Source: a virus. From it: a DNA stretch of 64,000 nt. Where the stretch lies: IMG/VR virus record IMGVR_UViG_3300035438_000194, positions 32,001-96,000 of that record, one strand, 5' to 3'. The stretch's first letter is position 1; the number at the start of each line of letters is the position of its first letter. Below the pieces are notes generated by a model. The model made no database searches and was not told the DNA's origin. It saw nothing but the letters and a program-made list of their open reading frames with translations. Below, piece after piece: positions 18,507-27,883 of this stretch. The position numbers were made by a program, and so were the translations under genes.

Positions 18507-19699
18507 TGAAAGGTAACGTTACCAAAACAGGATACTGGCCAGATAGTCCAGACAGAAATAATGACTTTAATATCATACCCTCCAATGAAATAACAATGGA
18601 GGGTATGGACATGCCTTTAATGGGTGTAAGTAATACAGGTGATAAGAAGCTTATGCTTCCCGGTAAAAATTATAAATTCAAAGGTGAATCAGTTATGGAG
18701 ACTCCTCTAGACAAAGGTATATTCCTAGGTGCTTACAAACAAGTTGGTGGTCAACTAGTACCACATGATATATCAGTACCTAATCTTAGTAGACAGCAAG
18801 GTGGTTCTAATTTTAAAACTAAATTGAATCCTCAAGAGGAACAACAGTTTAAACAGTTTTACCAAACACTTCCTGGTAACCTAAGAGAGGATGATGCTAG
18901 CTATGATACACGTGGTTATTGGGATGCATCAGGAAGACCTTCAGAGTTTGATTACTCACAGCCTACAGATGAAGATGGTTATTACCATGCGTTTAGTAGA
19001 CATCCTGAAACCGGTAAGATATTAAAGTCACCAGGACATCCTACATTCAAGTATGCTGTAGATAAGACACCTATTGATGGTAACACTTATATACCTACCG
19101 TAGGAGTTGACGGTAATGTTTATATGAGAGATCTTAATCAAGATGCTGAAAGTCTACAAAGACAGAAGGGAGGTCCTGCTAAAAGATTTAATACAAATCT
19201 TAGGGGTGCTGAACTTGAAGCATTTAATCAACATGCTCAACAATTTCCATCATTAACAACAGATACTGGAGATTACGATACACAAGGTTTTTATAAAGAA
19301 GTTTATAATAAGAACAATGGTGACATGAATGCAATTACTGCAGCATTAACCCCGGGTTCTCCAACAGCGCATGTTGGTAATGATAGGTATAAGAAACCTA
19401 ATCATCCTACTTTCTCTAAAGAATCAAAGTATCATATACCTGTCTTAAGACCTGCTGGTGAATGGGGACATAATGAAGAGGGTGATTATGATTACTTCAA
19501 TGCCTCTAGACGTAATATTAAAAACATGACTAAGTCTGATGGGTCTCCTTTAGATTATTTTAAAAGAGCGGAAGATTATAATCAAGATGGTACACCCGAT
19601 GTCAAGTTGTTTTATAAAGGACAACCCGTGTTTAAAGAAGGAGGATCAGTAAAGAAGGTTAAGATAAAGTCACTACCTAAGAATTGGAAAACCCAGTAA
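18506..19699 (+). CDS. Putative virion cargo protein with two tandem YD.RG...H...K.P.HPTF domains
   Basis: Internal duplication; xxGG linkers; C-terminal KKVKIKSLPK. Confidence 0.6.
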   Translation: MKGNVTKTGYWPDSPDRNNDFNIIPSNEITMEGMDMPLMGVSNTGDKKLMLPGKNYKFKGESVMETPLDKGIFLGAYKQVGGQLVPHDISVPNLSRQQGGSNFKTKLNPQEEQQFKQFYQTLPGNLREDDASYDTRGYWDASGRPSEFDYSQPTDEDGYYHAFSRHPETGKILKSPGHPTFKYAVDKTPIDGNTYIPTVGVDGNVYMRDLNQDAESLQRQKGGPAKRFNTNLRGAELEAFNQHAQQFPSLTTDTGDYDTQGFYKEVYNKNNGDMNAITAALTPGSPTAHVGNDRYKKPNHPTFSKESKYHIPVLRPAGEWGHNEEGDYDYFNASRRNIKNMTKSDGSPLDYFKRAEDYNQDGTPDVKLFYKGQPVFKEGGSVKKVKIKSLPKNWKTQ

Positions 19700-19718
19700 A
19701 AATCAGTATCTTATAAAT

Positions 19719-19734
19719 AATTAGTATATTAGCA
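19719..19734 (+). promoter_or_regulatory. Putative late promoter motif AATTAGTATATTAGCA
   Basis: 15/16 identical to 54408-54423; intergenic, 4 nt before the ATG. Confidence 0.5.
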
Positions 19735-19738
19735 AATT

Positions 19739-22294
19739 ATGGATAATAACTATCTTTTTTTAGCAATGCAAACCGGAGGTCAGTTATCTCCTGAGCAATT
19801 GCAACGTGCCCAACAGATGGGTCAATTACCCCAAATGAATATGGGTGCAGGTCTTAATGATATTCAGAAAAAGAATATGGCAGAGGCTCAACATTACAAT
19901 ATGTTTAGAAAGGGCGGTGTACCTAAGAGGTATGCTGAAGGTGGAGAACAAGAAGAGATTGATCAGCAATATATGTCTCCATATACACAATATAATCAGC
20001 GTGTATCTGATTTCTTACAGAATCTTAGAGCTACATCAATGAATGCATTGCAAGATGAGATGGTTGGTGTTAATGATGAGTATGCTGAAGAAGCTGATCA
20101 GATTGAGATGGAACAAGCTCAGTATGGTAGACAAGTATCACAATCTACAGTAAACCCTCAGGGTATGGCTGCGGTTAATGCTTGGACTCAAGCTGCTCAA
20201 AATACAAAAGATTTAACTAAACCTCTTGCTCAAACAGCAGGACTAATGTCTGGTCTTAAAGGATACTTTGGAGATAAAGCGTCTTATGAGGCTAACCCTT
20301 ATAATGCTGCATGGAATCCTACAAGACTTACTATGACTAATGTAGGCACCGGTGAGAAGACTGTGACCCGTGCTGGACGTGATGGATTCTTTTCACAACC
20401 TGCACCAACAGGTACTCAAGCACCTGCAAATACAAATACTGAAGAATGTACCCCAGGTATGAATTGTTTTGAATATGGTGGACAATACTTTCAAATAGGT
20501 GGTTCAAACTGGGAACAACAATTGTTTCAAGGTACACCTATGGCTCCACAACAAGCTCAACCACAACGTGGAACAGGTGACATGTTAAGAGTGCAGCCAC
20601 AAGGATCTCAGTATAGTGCAGAAGCTATAGCAAATGCAAGAGCTATGGGATGGGGTGATGATGTAGCTGGTTATGCTAATTCTGGATGGGGAGTGAATCC
20701 GGCAAGTCTACCAAAAACTACTAAAAAGAAATCGGGTACTAAAACTACTCCTGCGGCTACTACAACTACAACTGCACCAGCTGCAACTACAGACGCTACT
20801 AAAAAAGCTGAAGAGGAAAAGAAAAAAGCTGATGAAGCTAAAAAGGCTGAAGAAGATAAGAAGGCTAAAGAAGAAGGTAAGACTACAACTACTGAAGAAA
20901 AGCCTAAGGAGGAACAAAAGAAAACAGGTGAAGTAGATTACTTAGCAATGTTAGCAGATCCAACTGGTCAGAATGCTGGGGGAGTGTATAGAACTGATAA
21001 GAATGGTAATCCTGTTCCTATGGCTTTCTATGATCCAAACATGCGTTTGACAGGAATGGATGCTACATATAGAAACAATGCTGCGTCATGGTTTAGAAAG
21101 AATAAGAAACCTGGGCAGATGAAGTCTGTATCATTTGACTTTGCATCAGGAACACCTTATACAGTTCCTGGTACACAAACTCCTGCTGCAAATACAACAG
21201 CACCAACTGTTGCAAATAATGCAACAACTCCACAACCTGGAACTACAACAACTCCAGCTAGTAATCAATCAGCACCAGCTGCTCAACCAGTACCTAACCA
21301 AACTAGTAGATTTTTCCCACAGGCTCCACAGCCTACAACAACATATCCAGGAGGACCATTTCCTGCTGGTAATGTAAGTGATGCTAACTTTATAGATGAG
21401 CAATGGAAAGAAGCTGCTGCTAACTGGCGTCCTGGTATGCAATGGAATGGTCCGCAAAATATGCTACCGTCATCTATTAGACAGACTCCAAAAGTAGCAC
21501 CAGGATCAGCAACTCAAAGTATGATTGCTCCTAGTATTACACCAGGTATGCAGAATGTATTTCCTTACGCTCCTGCAACAGGTCCTGTACAACCTCAAGT
21601 TCAACCACAAGCTCCTGCTCCTCTTTCAGGAAGAGAACAAAGACAGCAAATAAGACAAACTGGTAGAGAGAACAGACGCAACTCAATTGAAGAAGCTAAT
21701 AGAAGAGCAGCTGAAGAAATTCAAAAAGCTATACAAGGTTATGCTTATGGAGGTCAGTACTTTCAAATAGGTGGTGAAGAAGAAGGTATTGGAGTTTTAG
21801 CAAATCCTGTAGCACCAGAAACTAATACCAATTTCTTTGAGACTGGTTTATTACCTAAAGCAGAAGAATCAAACTATATGTCTCCAGCTTTACCAGGTGA
21901 AACTGTTATAGAACAAGACAAGATGTTTAGAGCCACTTATGATAAGAATAAGAAGAGTAATCCATTCTTTGCTCCAGCTATGTTAGCTGGTCTTAATCTA
22001 GTAGCAGGTGCTGCTGAAAATATGGATGCTAAAAAGAAAGAAAAAGAAGCAAGAGGTAAGTTTTCATATGATCAAATCTATACTGCTAACCCTGAGACAT
22101 CAGGTAGCAGAGGTGACTGGACAGTCAATGAAGGTTACAAGAGACCTAATGATACGGTAGCAACTCAGTTTACTGGAGCTGGTAGACAAATGCAATGGGG
22201 TGGAGCTTATGCTGAAGGTGATGAACTATACTTAGATGAAGATGCAATCCAAGCATTCTTAGCAGCAGGTGGTCAGTTAGATTATTTAGATTAA
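19739..22294 (+). CDS. Low-complexity (Q/P/T/A-rich) putative cargo/ejection protein
   Basis: Many xxGG motifs; duplicated YGGQYFQIGG; C-terminal hydrophobic helix. Confidence 0.6.
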   Translation: MDNNYLFLAMQTGGQLSPEQLQRAQQMGQLPQMNMGAGLNDIQKKNMAEAQHYNMFRKGGVPKRYAEGGEQEEIDQQYMSPYTQYNQRVSDFLQNLRATSMNALQDEMVGVNDEYAEEADQIEMEQAQYGRQVSQSTVNPQGMAAVNAWTQAAQNTKDLTKPLAQTAGLMSGLKGYFGDKASYEANPYNAAWNPTRLTMTNVGTGEKTVTRAGRDGFFSQPAPTGTQAPANTNTEECTPGMNCFEYGGQYFQIGGSNWEQQLFQGTPMAPQQAQPQRGTGDMLRVQPQGSQYSAEAIANARAMGWGDDVAGYANSGWGVNPASLPKTTKKKSGTKTTPAATTTTTAPAATTDATKKAEEEKKKADEAKKAEEDKKAKEEGKTTTTEEKPKEEQKKTGEVDYLAMLADPTGQNAGGVYRTDKNGNPVPMAFYDPNMRLTGMDATYRNNAASWFRKNKKPGQMKSVSFDFASGTPYTVPGTQTPAANTTAPTVANNATTPQPGTTTTPASNQSAPAAQPVPNQTSRFFPQAPQPTTTYPGGPFPAGNVSDANFIDEQWKEAAANWRPGMQWNGPQNMLPSSIRQTPKVAPGSATQSMIAPSITPGMQNVFPYAPATGPVQPQVQPQAPAPLSGREQRQQIRQTGRENRRNSIEEANRRAAEEIQKAIQGYAYGGQYFQIGGEEEGIGVLANPVAPETNTNFFETGLLPKAEESNYMSPALPGETVIEQDKMFRATYDKNKKSNPFFAPAMLAGLNLVAGAAENMDAKKKEKEARGKFSYDQIYTANPETSGSRGDWTVNEGYKRPNDTVATQFTGAGRQMQWGGAYAEGDELYLDEDAIQAFLAAGGQLDYLD

Positions 22295-22297
22295 GCT

Positions 22298-24976
22298 ATG
22301 AGAAAAGTAAAAATTACAGGTTTACCAAAAAATGCCAAAGGCGGTACAGCTCCAACAAGTTTGTACAAACAGATAGCGCCTAGCTATATGGCTGACTCTT
22401 TATCTACTAAAGAGTTAAAAAAGAAAACTACCTTAGGACCTGTACCTGAGGGTATGGCTAATCTTGAGGCGGAGAAGGGTGAAACAGCACTTGTTCCAGA
22501 TGTTGATGGTTTACCAGCTCACTACCAGATTGGTGGTAAGCGTCACTCACAAGGTGGTACTCCATTAAACTTACCAGAGAACTCATTTATCTTTAGTGAT
22601 ACATCTTCTATGAAGATTAAAGATCCTAAAGTTCTTGAGGAGTTTGGTATGCCTAAGAAGAAAGGTGGTTATACTCCAGCTGATGTAGCTAAAAGATATG
22701 ATATCAATAAGTACCGCGAGATACTTTCTGATACAACTACAGACAAGATGGCTAAGGAGACAGCTGAGAAGATGATCTCTAACTATAACGTTAAGTTAGC
22801 TAAGCTTGCTTTATATCAAGAATCTAAGAAAGGTTTTCCTGATGGTATTCCTACAGTAGCATTACCATACTTAGCAATGAATGCTGTTCAACCTCAGGAT
22901 ATATTACCTCTAAAAGAGGCTCAGACTCCCGCAATGCAAGGAGCTGAAGCTGAAGTTGAAGCTGCAAGTAATCCTACTGAGGCACAATTTGAAGCACAGC
23001 AAACTGAACCAATGGCTCGCTATGGTGGTGTTGCTAATAAGATTAAAGGTAACCCTTTGCTTAAGAAAGTATACGCTAAGTTAGGTGGATCTAAAAACAG
23101 ATTCAAACCTGAGACTGGTATATATATGACTATGGCTGAAGGGGGTCCTGTATTTACTGATGGTAATGGTGTACAGTATTCTAAGAATACAAGTGACATT
23201 GATATTCCAGCTATGTTTGGATATGGTGGTCAAGCAATGTATCAGAAAGGTGGTGATGTACCAAACACTCCTGTAGATGCTTCTAAACCAGCTGATAATA
23301 AAATACCAGAGGGTAAGATTAAAAAGATTGATGATCCTTCACTAGCTGTAGGTGATTACTATAAAGATGCTGAAGGTAAAGTTAGAAAGGTAACTAAGAT
23401 TAAGGCTACTGATAAAGTAGTAAACAAGTCTGTATCTGGTAAAGAGAACTACAAGCCTAAGTATGGTTCTGTAGAAGAAGATGTAAAGAAAGCTGAAGAG
23501 ATCATGAAAGGTCTTGAAGCTAAAGGTTACGCTAAGAAAGGTGATACAGGATGGATTGTATATAGAGGTGCTGCTAAAGCATTGAACCTACAAGATAAAG
23601 ACTTCTTAACTGGACTATCTTCTTATAACAAAGGAGAAGACGGTAAGTCACTTGGTGCCCCAGGATTTAAAATTGCTAAGCAATCCTCATATGAGGACAA
23701 GACTATGAAGAAAAGAGTTAGTGATGGCTTCTATGGCTATGCTGACCCAAGCATGGTTGAGTTACGTTACTGGCAGGCAAGAAATCCAAATGCTCCTATA
23801 GAAGAGTTTGATAAACTTGATGATAAAGCTAAGGTTCAGAACCGTAAGGAAATGCTTAAGTTTTATAACTACTCAGATGATGAGATTAACAAACTAGGTG
23901 ATGCTATCAATGACCCTGCTAAGTTATATACCAAAGACTTTGTATCTAATAAAGAAAAAGGTTTAGTAAAGAGAAACCAACAGAAGTTTGAGACTTCAGG
24001 TTATCGTTCTCAATTAGGAGATGACTTTATGTTTGGTCTTGAGCATATGGACAAGTACAATATGGAGATGGCTCCAGAAGGTGATCTTGCTGATGCAGAA
24101 GTTACTAAAGAAAAGGATAACAAAGAGATACCAAAAAATGAATCAGAAGATCCAGCAGCTAAGCCTCAGATGGGTCCTGAGTGGTGGTTACAAGATGTAA
24201 TCAAAACTGCAGGAGCTGCTGGTGATATGGCTCGTGTGCAAAAACGTTTACCTTGGGCACCTAAGTTAAACCCTGTATTAATGGATCCTACATTCTATGA
24301 TCCAACTAGAGAGTTAGCTGCTACACAAGAACAGTATAACATAGGTATGCAAGGAGCAACTGCTTATGCACCATCTCAAGCTTTGAATTCTCGTCAGTCT
24401 CAAATGGCTGGTCAAGGAGCTAAAGCTGCAGCAGATATACTAGGTAGATACAACAATATGAATGTAGGTCAAGCTAATCAGTTCTCAGCAACTAAAGCAC
24501 AAGTCCTAAATCAGGCTAATGCAAGCAATGCTGAGATTACTAAAGGATTGTTTGATGCTACTACTATTGCTAATCAGCAGTATGACAACGCTAAGAACCA
24601 AGCTCGCCAAGAATTACGTCAGTCTTACATTGATGCAATTACTAATAAGGAACAAGCATATGCGTTGAACCAACTGTACCCTAACTATCAGATTGATCCT
24701 TCTCAAGGAGGTAGACTTATATTTTCAGGCGGTGATGATCTTACTGGTCAAACTACTGGAGATAACGCTAGTGTTGCAGCATTTAAGAAACTTAAGGATG
24801 ATCCAGCTATGCAAGGTATAGATGATAACACATTGCTTCAGTTGGTTACAGGTAAGGGTTATACTCAACAACCTAAGTCTGAAAGTGACTCATGGTTGGC
24901 AGCAATGCAGAATATAGCTCCGGGTGGTGCAGGATTAGGACCTTACTACCAACAAGGACCAGAGGATCAAGGATAA
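22298..24976 (+). CDS. Putative cargo/ejection protein
   Basis: ANLEAEKGET...G.RHSQGG...IFSD...TPA..AK motif; Q/A/N-rich coiled-coil C-terminus. Confidence 0.6.
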   Translation: MRKVKITGLPKNAKGGTAPTSLYKQIAPSYMADSLSTKELKKKTTLGPVPEGMANLEAEKGETALVPDVDGLPAHYQIGGKRHSQGGTPLNLPENSFIFSDTSSMKIKDPKVLEEFGMPKKKGGYTPADVAKRYDINKYREILSDTTTDKMAKETAEKMISNYNVKLAKLALYQESKKGFPDGIPTVALPYLAMNAVQPQDILPLKEAQTPAMQGAEAEVEAASNPTEAQFEAQQTEPMARYGGVANKIKGNPLLKKVYAKLGGSKNRFKPETGIYMTMAEGGPVFTDGNGVQYSKNTSDIDIPAMFGYGGQAMYQKGGDVPNTPVDASKPADNKIPEGKIKKIDDPSLAVGDYYKDAEGKVRKVTKIKATDKVVNKSVSGKENYKPKYGSVEEDVKKAEEIMKGLEAKGYAKKGDTGWIVYRGAAKALNLQDKDFLTGLSSYNKGEDGKSLGAPGFKIAKQSSYEDKTMKKRVSDGFYGYADPSMVELRYWQARNPNAPIEEFDKLDDKAKVQNRKEMLKFYNYSDDEINKLGDAINDPAKLYTKDFVSNKEKGLVKRNQQKFETSGYRSQLGDDFMFGLEHMDKYNMEMAPEGDLADAEVTKEKDNKEIPKNESEDPAAKPQMGPEWWLQDVIKTAGAAGDMARVQKRLPWAPKLNPVLMDPTFYDPTRELAATQEQYNIGMQGATAYAPSQALNSRQSQMAGQGAKAAADILGRYNNMNVGQANQFSATKAQVLNQANASNAEITKGLFDATTIANQQYDNAKNQARQELRQSYIDAITNKEQAYALNQLYPNYQIDPSQGGRLIFSGGDDLTGQTTGDNASVAAFKKLKDDPAMQGIDDNTLLQLVTGKGYTQQPKSESDSWLAAMQNIAPGGAGLGPYYQQGPEDQG

Positions 24977-25024
24977 CTCTTAAAAGTTTAAACTTAAATC
25001 ATTTAATAAACTTCTAAGATTTTA

Positions 25025-25038
25025 TTTGTATATTTACA
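25025..25038 (+). promoter_or_regulatory. Putative promoter box TTTGTATATTTACA, preceded by the 12-bp palindrome AAGTTTAAACTT (24984-24995)
   Basis: Matches the TTWGTAWATTW consensus; intergenic. Confidence 0.45.
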
Positions 25039-25047
25039 ATATAAACT

Positions 25048-27879
25048 ATGGCAACGTACTTACAAGGTGTAACCGATTATATCCCACAGATTCAACCCTT
25101 CAAACCGGACTTGAATTTCTATCAGGGAGTGCTTGAAACTAAACAGGCACAATACAAGGCTGGCTATGACCAGCTTAACAACATTTATGGAACTATGCTT
25201 AACTCAGAGTTGTCTCGTACAGATAACAATGAGAGAAGAGATGAGTTCTTTAATAAGATTCAGACAGACATTCAGAAGATATCTGGTTTAGATCTTTCTC
25301 GCAATGAGAATGTTGAGGCGGCACAAAAAGTATTCCAACCTATTATTGATGATAAGTACATCCTTAAAGACATGTCTTTTACCAAATCTTACAGAAGAGA
25401 ACAAGGTAAGGCTGATGCTTTTATGAATTGTACAGATGAAAAGAAGTGTGGTGGTAAGTATTGGGAAGGTGGTGTAAGAGCTTTAGATTATCAGAGACAA
25501 GACTTTATGGATGCTGATATTGACCAATCACTTGGTTATCAGAATCCAACGTATACTCCTTATGTTAACGTGTATAAGAAAGCTATGGACTTTGCTAAGG
25601 ACATGGGCTTTGATACTAAAACTGTAAGCTGGAGTCCAGACGGTAGATATATTATTACTACCAAGAACGGTCCTCAGATGGTTACAGGATTAACTGATGC
25701 TTTTGTAAATGCATTTGCTGGTGACCCTACGGTTACAGGTATGTATAAAACACAAGCGTACTTAGATAGAAAAGATTATACATCAGCAAACGCTGAAAGA
25801 TTTGGTGGTGATAAAGTAGCTGCTGAAAAAGAATACCTTGTTGCAGAATCTAATAAGATTAACGAGTACATGCGTAACCTTCAAGCTCAAGCTGAAAAGG
25901 ACAAAGAACAAGTTAAAGTAACTAAGGCTGCTGCACAAGAATCTGTAGAGAAGACTCCAATCAATCCTGATCTTGACCAAGGCTTTGCTGCTATGATCAA
26001 TGGTTTGGATGCAGATGAGCAAAATGCTAATACAGTAGCTACTGTAGCAACAGAAAGTTTAGATGCAACAAATGGTATAGACTACAATAAGATGAGTCTA
26101 GAAGCATTGCGTTACAGAGTTGATACAGCTAAAGCTAATCAGTTATTATACTCTGATATGGCTGGCGCTGCTGAGAACTATGCAATGAATACTATGGAAC
26201 AAGAAGTAGAGGTAGACAAGTATGCCTTTGCTAACTTTGAACATGGTCTTAGAATGTCTGAGATTGCTTATAAGGATTCTCTTGAGCAAGCAAAAAAGAA
26301 AAAGGAAGATGAAGAGGAAGCTGCACTAGAAGCTGAGTATACCTTAAATGGTGAAATGGGAACTCCTGTAGATACTGGTGCTGACAGCGGTCTAGTAGAC
26401 ATGCAGAAACTTATTACAGATGCTCAGAATGAATCTGTTAGTGAAGTTACTGGTGCAACTGATAAGAAGTCATTGTATGTATATGAAAAGTTAAATACAA
26501 TTGCTAACGGTTCTGGATACACAGATGCACAAAGAGCATCAGCTAAAGCGTCAATGCAAAATATCTTTGGTGGATTAGGTAGTACAGATGCTGAAATACG
26601 CGAGGCATTATCTACTGGTGGTCAAGGTGGTCTAGCTGAAATGTGGGGAACATTTAAAAAAGCAGTAAGAGGTAAAGACCTTAACGCTAAACTTGACGCA
26701 TTTACTTCAACAGGAGGTAACGGTTTATTTAGAGAGGATGCTGCATTCTCTGCAGATATGGCTAGATTTGATGCTCAGTTGGAACCAGCTAAGATGAAAG
26801 CTGAAGCTATTACTCAGGCTACTAAAGAAAACAATAAGGCTGTTAGACAGCAAATGATAGCTGAAGGTATGGATCCTACTAAAGCAGATATGTTCATTGA
26901 TGCTTCAGGAAATCTACGTGGAGTTAGTGAATTCAAGAAACGTTGGAACGGTAAGTATGGTGATAACTATATGATCAATGACTGGGAGGACGGTTTAGAT
27001 GATTTACAAGAAAGATATAAGAAAATATATAATGGTGGTAAAGTTCCTATCAAATCTCACTTACAAGGTATGGATGAAGTAGGAGCAAGTGGTTTGCATG
27101 CTATGGCTACTATGTTTAGCATGGACCCTGCACAACTTGGAGGAATGCGTACTAAAGCTAAGGAATTATATCAATCTGATATTATGCCAGCTATGATGGA
27201 TCCTGCTAAAGGTAACGCACGTTTCTTTACTGGAGATATTATTGGCAAAGATGCAGATGATATTGCTGATCTAGAAGTAGATGGTGAAGACGCTGTATTA
27301 GCTAAGAACATGCTTAATGACATTATGCGTTCTGCATTCACTACTAAGTGGAAAGGTGAGAAAGCTGAAAGACCTACAATGGATATCACAAGACACTCTC
27401 TAGTAGGGGGTGATCCTAATAAAGTAGGTGTTACATTTACCATTAACCAAAACTATATTGACGGGTTCAAAGGTTCTGCAAAAGAAAAAGGACTGTTAAA
27501 TAGTATGTTTGGAGCAGCTGGTAACAATAAGATATCAGTTGTAATGGATAAGAAAGCTGCTAACTCAACGTTCTTTAGAGAGCTTGAGCCAACACCAGTA
27601 GAATATGTATTCAACAGTAAGGGTAGCATAGCAGTTAATGCGTTCGCTAACACAGCAGGGGCTGCTACTATTTCTAAAACACCAAGTGGATTTATTTCTA
27701 TTACGGGTAATATGAAGGTGTTTGATCCAGACTCAGGAAGACTTGTAGACATGCCTAATGCGTGGAACGGTTTACTTGAGAATGATGCAAATATTAATGA
27801 TGCATACGCAATGGTTACCCAAGCTTTACATGAACAAGCTCAAGACAACATAGCTCAGTCTAGAGGCTTAATAAAATAA
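25048..27879 (+). CDS. Putative ejection protein (943 aa)
   Basis: N-terminal DYIPQIQPF.PD.NFY..VL..KQ..Y; helical; directly precedes the giant virion proteins. Confidence 0.6.
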   Translation: MATYLQGVTDYIPQIQPFKPDLNFYQGVLETKQAQYKAGYDQLNNIYGTMLNSELSRTDNNERRDEFFNKIQTDIQKISGLDLSRNENVEAAQKVFQPIIDDKYILKDMSFTKSYRREQGKADAFMNCTDEKKCGGKYWEGGVRALDYQRQDFMDADIDQSLGYQNPTYTPYVNVYKKAMDFAKDMGFDTKTVSWSPDGRYIITTKNGPQMVTGLTDAFVNAFAGDPTVTGMYKTQAYLDRKDYTSANAERFGGDKVAAEKEYLVAESNKINEYMRNLQAQAEKDKEQVKVTKAAAQESVEKTPINPDLDQGFAAMINGLDADEQNANTVATVATESLDATNGIDYNKMSLEALRYRVDTAKANQLLYSDMAGAAENYAMNTMEQEVEVDKYAFANFEHGLRMSEIAYKDSLEQAKKKKEDEEEAALEAEYTLNGEMGTPVDTGADSGLVDMQKLITDAQNESVSEVTGATDKKSLYVYEKLNTIANGSGYTDAQRASAKASMQNIFGGLGSTDAEIREALSTGGQGGLAEMWGTFKKAVRGKDLNAKLDAFTSTGGNGLFREDAAFSADMARFDAQLEPAKMKAEAITQATKENNKAVRQQMIAEGMDPTKADMFIDASGNLRGVSEFKKRWNGKYGDNYMINDWEDGLDDLQERYKKIYNGGKVPIKSHLQGMDEVGASGLHAMATMFSMDPAQLGGMRTKAKELYQSDIMPAMMDPAKGNARFFTGDIIGKDADDIADLEVDGEDAVLAKNMLNDIMRSAFTTKWKGEKAERPTMDITRHSLVGGDPNKVGVTFTINQNYIDGFKGSAKEKGLLNSMFGAAGNNKISVVMDKKAANSTFFRELEPTPVEYVFNSKGSIAVNAFANTAGAATISKTPSGFISITGNMKVFDPDSGRLVDMPNAWNGLLENDANINDAYAMVTQALHEQAQDNIAQSRGLIK

Positions 27880-27883
27880 TTTT

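Noticed and set aside
2009-24976. GG motifs as ubiquitin-like C-termini or RiPP double-glycine leaders
   Set aside because: Motifs are internal and repeated, and no E1/E2, C39 transporter or modification enzyme is visible in the window
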